64,000 nucleotides of DNA from Macrostomum hystrix. Lineage: Eukaryota > Animalia > Platyhelminthes. The position numbers and the translations under genes were made by a program. The stretch lies in the NCBI GenBank assembly GCA_950097015.1, contig CATNEN010000038.1, forward strand, positions 28,334,001 through 28,398,000, written 5' to 3'. Shown piece by piece: positions 59,769-64,000 of this stretch. Within the stretch, counting starts at the first letter, position 1; each line of letters begins with the position of its first letter. Below the pieces are notes generated by a model that had not been told where the DNA came from, searched no databases, and saw nothing but the letters and a program-made list of their open reading frames with translations.

Positions 59769-62704
59769 TTATTCTCTGTAGATGTACTGCTGTGGAACGC
59801 TGAAGGTCTTGACCTCTTGACCTTCTTGGATCATTGCGCAGAAACCGCAGAAGAACCAAATGCAATAGTCGGATAGGCAATTTCCTGGAATGCCCTGGTG
59901 CTGACGGATCTTTCCACGAATCAGCGGACCGAGAATGCAGCACAGACCGCAGGCCATGCCGAGGCCGCAGAGGAAGCAGCTCTGACCAACCGCCTCGGCG
60001 TTCATGCCGAATGTGTAGCAGGGCACGAAGTATGTGATCAGGCAGAGGCCTACAGGTTATGCAAAATCAAAACTCATGATGGATTAAAAGTTTGAGTCAA
60101 ATATTCTTTGAATTGGTTATATTTTAGTCATATTTTTCGGTCACGTACGCTCGTAATATTTGGGTTATGTAATTTTTGGTTTATGTAATATTTTGGTCAT
60201 GTAATATTTTGGTCATGAAATCTTTCAGTCATGTAAACTTTGGGTCATGTAAACTTTGGGTCATATAAACTTTGGGTCATGTAAACTATGGGTCATGTAA
60301 TATTTTGGTCATAAAATATTTTGGTCATGAAATCTTTCAGTCATGTAAAATTTGGGTCATGAAATATTGGGTAAAATTTTTGGGTCCCATCATTTTGGGT
60401 CATTTCCTATTTTAGACAAGTCTTGTAATCTTTCCAGCTGCCTTAATCGTTTCCGGTGATCTTGAGTGCGTGCATTCAGCGTGATTGGTTGCGGCAAGCA
60501 AGCTCGAAAGAGCTCGCTTCGCTCGCTCTTTCTCGCTATCTATATCTATCTATCTAGCTATCTATCTATCTATCTATCTCTAGCATGGCCGTAGGCAGTT
60601 TGGTGATCAATCTCTCGAGCCACACCCTCACAGGAGACGAACTCAGTGTTTTAAGTAGAGGTCAAAACCTTGTTCCGGCCCCCACTCGGGTCGGTGCCAG
60701 TGTCTTTTTAGACTCTATTTCGAATCTTAAACAGAGGATTGCACTGAACTCACTTATGCAATGCCGCACTTGTAGTAGAGGTTGTAGCCTAGTGGTTAGG
60801 GCGTCGGACTCACGACTTGAAGGTCGGGGGTTCGATTCCTGACTCCCCTGAACAATTTGTGTCCTTTAGCAAGACACTTAACTCTGCATTGCTTCAGTTC
60901 ACCCAGCTGTTAAATGGGTACCAGCATCAGCTGGGATAATTGAAGGTGGGTGTGGCGTCCCCCCAGTCCATGGACTGAACAGCTGTACGCAGCCTTCAGA
61001 TGCGCCGCGCATTAGCTGCAGCTGTGCTGTCGGCTGCACATCTGACCCAATTGGGGCAGGTGTAATCATCACTTGTAGTTACACTCCTCGAGCTTGCATT
61101 CCTACCAGATCAAGGAAATATTTCAGGAACTCCGTAGCGAACAGATAATCAGCAACCAGCAATTGCTTGCCTGATTCCTCCCCTGGAAGCAAGGGACAGG
61201 ATCTTCTATCTGCTCCCTAAAGTCCATAAGTACCCAGCCACTTGGCCTATTCCTGGTATTCCACCCAGCAGGCCCATTGTTTCTGACTGCAGCTCCGAGA
61301 GCTACATGAGCGCGAAGTTTATAGACCATTTTCTACAACCAATGGCTAGAGAACAGGTTTCGTACATCCGGGACGCTAAAGCGACATTCGCTCCCAGTCT
61401 TTACAAACGCTACATTGATGACATCTTCATGGTGTTTGTGGGAACTGAAACTCAGTTAAAGCAGCTCCTTAAACCAACATTTAAATGAGTTCGACGCCAG
61501 TATCAAACTTTCTTTGCAGTACAGCCAAGACTGTATCCTCGACTGTCGCGTTTCCCTCAGCAACGTAGGAAACACCAATATTTAAAATACTTCAATCTAC
61601 TTCAAGCCAACCGACTCTCGCCAATTGCTTAATCCGGACTCTTTCCATCCGGGGCACACCTTCAAAGGCATTTTGAAGTCCCAGTTCCTACGCTATACCC
61701 GCCGCTGCACACGCAAGGTTGACTTTGACCGGTCTTGCTCGAGCCTGACGAGCATCCTTAAGAAACAAGGACACTCGGTCCACTCCATCCGTAACGCCAA
61801 GAAATCAGCTTTCATCCAACTTGGCTTTTTCACCGACTGCCAGTTGGACTTTGGCTTCCGCAACTGCAACAATGAAACCTGTCGGGTGTGTAGACAACAC
61901 GGCCACTTCGGCCAGATCTGTCCAGGATCCATTTCCACCGAAATGATTTACAGAATTTGCCAGAAGGTCCGCCGTGACTCCAGAAACGTGGTGTATTCAA
62001 TCCTATGCAGGAGCTGCAATGACCGGTGTGTCTACATTGGAGAGACAGGAGTGGCTCTCAAGGTTCGATTACAAGCCCACCTAAGCGACATCAAACTGGC
62101 CAAGGACACCCCCGGTCTCAAGGCATTTCCGCTCCTCAGGCCACAGCTCGCTGGATTTGCGTTTGATGGGTCTTTGGTACCTCAGCCCTGAATGCAGGCA
62201 GGAGACTCAACGCAAGAGAAGAGACATGGAGCTCAAACTCATTAACCTCCTACAAACTCAGATCCCTGCAGGTCTCAACTCCATTGACACTAATCGAAGT
62301 GCGTGCGTCCCTATAATCATTCCTACACGGACCACTCTGGGCGCATTGTACACAAAGTCCGTTCAGTTATGACTGACCATGCAGCGACGTGAACACGGTG
62401 GTGTTTTCTACGCTCGTATGTCCATCCAAACTCCCTCCGCTAACGAATGCTCAATAACTCACCTCAACCCTTTGCAGGTCTCTAACCGCACGCGACAAAA
62501 ATAAACTTATTTTAACGTGCCCATTGAACTTTTACTTGCATCTCATCAATAGTTTTAACCTCCTATGCTTATTTAAGCGCGCCTAAATACAATCTCAATA
62601 AATCAATAAATCTATCTATCTATTAGTCCCAGCCTATACTCACCGCAGTCATCGAAGCAGGCAAACAGTCCGTGTTGAAATTCCATCACTTCTGGTTCGG
62701 TCAT
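59769..62704 (-). CDS. PLAC8/cornifelin-family Cys-rich protein (~113 aa)
   Basis: Exons 62704-62644 and 60049-59769 give MTEPEVMEFQHGLFACFDDCGLCLITYFVPCYTFG...IRGKIRQHQGIPGNCLSDYCIWFFCGFCAMIQEGQEV, the typical PLAC8 pattern. Confidence 0.9.
60150..60405. repeat. Degenerate ~16-17-bp repeat GGTCATGTAA(A/T)(C/A)TTT
   Basis: Tandem units in the PLAC8 intron. Confidence 0.75.
60585..62600 (+). mobile_element. Decayed Penelope-like retroelement (Neptune-type: RT, Cys linker, GIY-YIG)
   Basis: Fragments VINLSSHTLTGDELSVLSRG, FYLLPKVHK...GRPIVS, YKRYIDDIFM, HPGHTFKGILKSQFLRY, CNNETCRVC linker, SRNVVYSILCRSC...YIGETG..LKVRLQAH and P.GLN. Frameshifts and internal deletions. Flanked by (TATC)n on both sides. 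Confidence 0.88.
60777..61069 (+). mobile_element. Full-length tRNA-derived CORE-like SINE family B with 10-bp TSD, inserted in the Penelope element
   Basis: A-box TAGCCTAGTGG, B-box GGTTCGATTCC. Central TGTGTCCTTTAGCAAGACACTTAAC...CAGTTCACCCAGCTGTTAAATGGG resembles the MIR CORE domain. TSD CACTTGTAGT at 60767-60776 and 61070-61079. Confidence 0.85.
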
Positions 62705-63063
62705 TTGTAACGTTTCCCTGGGCTACTAAATATTTGGCTTAATATCACTGCTGGTATTTTCTAGACAGTTCTAACAGAGTTCATTTTTGTGTTTAATCTC
62801 ATGCAAAATTTCGGCACCTTATAGCTCGTAGCAGCATAGAAAAGTATTTTTCTATGGACTAGATAAGTTATCAAAGTAAAACCAACTCAAATTTGAGCTA
62901 GACTGAAAAATTGTACACGCTGACAAAATGCTATCATGAAAGCCCACAGCAGATATATGAGTAAGCTTCGACATGACTAGCTGCTTCTGGCAGGAAAAAA
63001 GCACAATTGTACAGAAGGATAAATATTACTCGCCTGCTTTACTAATGACCCCCAGTCTTAAAA

Positions 63064-63858
63064 ATGACCTCCGCTAACCTTAAAGTGACCTCCACTAACC
63101 TTAAAGTGACCTCCGCTAACCTTAAAGTGACCTCCGCTATCCTTAAAGTGATCTCCGCTAACCTTAAAGTGACCTCCGCTAACCTTAAAGTGACCTCCGC
63201 TAACCTTAAAGTGACCTCCGCTAACCTTAACGTGACCTCCGCTAACCTTAAAGTGACCTCCGCTAACCTTAAAGTGACCTCCGCTAACCTTAAAGTGACC
63301 TCCGCTAACCTTAAAGTAGCGGATCTCCGCTTACCTTAAAGTGATCTCCGCTAACCTTAAAGTGACCTCCGCTAACCTTAAAGTGACCTCCGCTAACCTT
63401 AAAGTGATCTCCGCTAACCTTAAAGTGACCTCCGCTAACCTTAAAGTGACCTCCGCTAACCTTAAAGTGATCTCCGCTAACCTTAAAGTGACCTCCGCTA
63501 ACCTTAAAGTGACCTACGCTAACTTAAAAATGACCTCTGCTAGTTTGAAATCGACCTCCGCGAGCTTAAAAGTGACCTCCGCTAACTTTAAAGTGACCTC
63601 CGCTAACGTTGAAATAGACCTCCGCTAACCTGAAAGTGACCTCCACTAGCTTGAAAGTGACCTCCACTAGCTTGAAAGTGACCTCCACTAGCTTGAAAGT
63701 GACCTCCACTAGCTTGAAAGTGACCTCCACTAGCTTGAAAGTGACCTCCACTAGCTTGAAAGTGACCTCCACTAGCTTGAAAGTGACCTCCACTAGCTTG
63801 AAAGTGACCTCCACTAGCTTGAAAGTGACCTCCGCTAACTTAAAAGTGACCTCTGCTA
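63064..63858. repeat. Minisatellite, 21-bp unit GTGACCTCCGCTAACCTTAAA / GTGACCTCCACTAGCTTGAAA
   Basis: About 38 units in two variant blocks, upstream of the PLAC8 gene. Confidence 0.95.
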
Positions 63859-64000
63859 AATATTGTCAAATTTTCTACTTTATGATGGTATAAGGAAAAA
63901 ATCACGTTCTTAAATTAGTAAAATATATGTTTTCTTGCACGATTACTAGTTGCGCTAGCATCAGAAAAATAGCGTATTTGATAATTTATCAGTAATTTAT

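Noticed and set aside
60777-60850. tRNA-like sequences (also 52822-52897 and 3135-3211)
   Set aside because: The acceptor stems do not pair properly and each continues into a repeated SINE body, so these are SINE heads, not tRNA genes.

Overview
Eukaryotic (animal) genomic DNA with spliceosomal GT-AG introns. The CAG-rich coding style and the extreme density of short-unit minisatellites suggest a free-living flatworm such as Macrostomum (inference only). Six spliced genes can be assembled by hand: (1) the 3' half of a T-type Ca2+ channel Cav3 (+, 1746-10644); (2) a Gln/Pro-rich coiled-coil protein resembling SRCIN1/KIAA1217/AIP3 (-, 13811-27921); (3) an uncharacterised helical, possibly ARM-like protein (+, 34636-39458); (4) an ankyrin-repeat/SOCS-box protein (-, 42353-51555); (5) a divergent monofunctional PHM copper monooxygenase (-, 53942-56211); (6) a PLAC8/cornifelin-family protein (-, 59769-62704). 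Mobile elements are a 5'-truncated RTE-clade LINE with an intact TSD, a decayed Neptune-type Penelope-like element, three tRNA-derived SINE families and several MITE/foldback elements. About 20 kb (roughly 30%, hand estimate) is made of more than 20 mostly unrelated minisatellite arrays, typically with 20-25 or 30-33 bp units, many abutting splice sites. All very long repetitive ORFs in the track are read as artefacts of these arrays. The best leads are the minisatellite system itself, an exon bracketed by inverted G-rich arrays, a structured GC-rich intronic RNA candidate, and a substrate-site-substituted PHM. Exon boundaries were read by eye and need RNA-seq confirmation.
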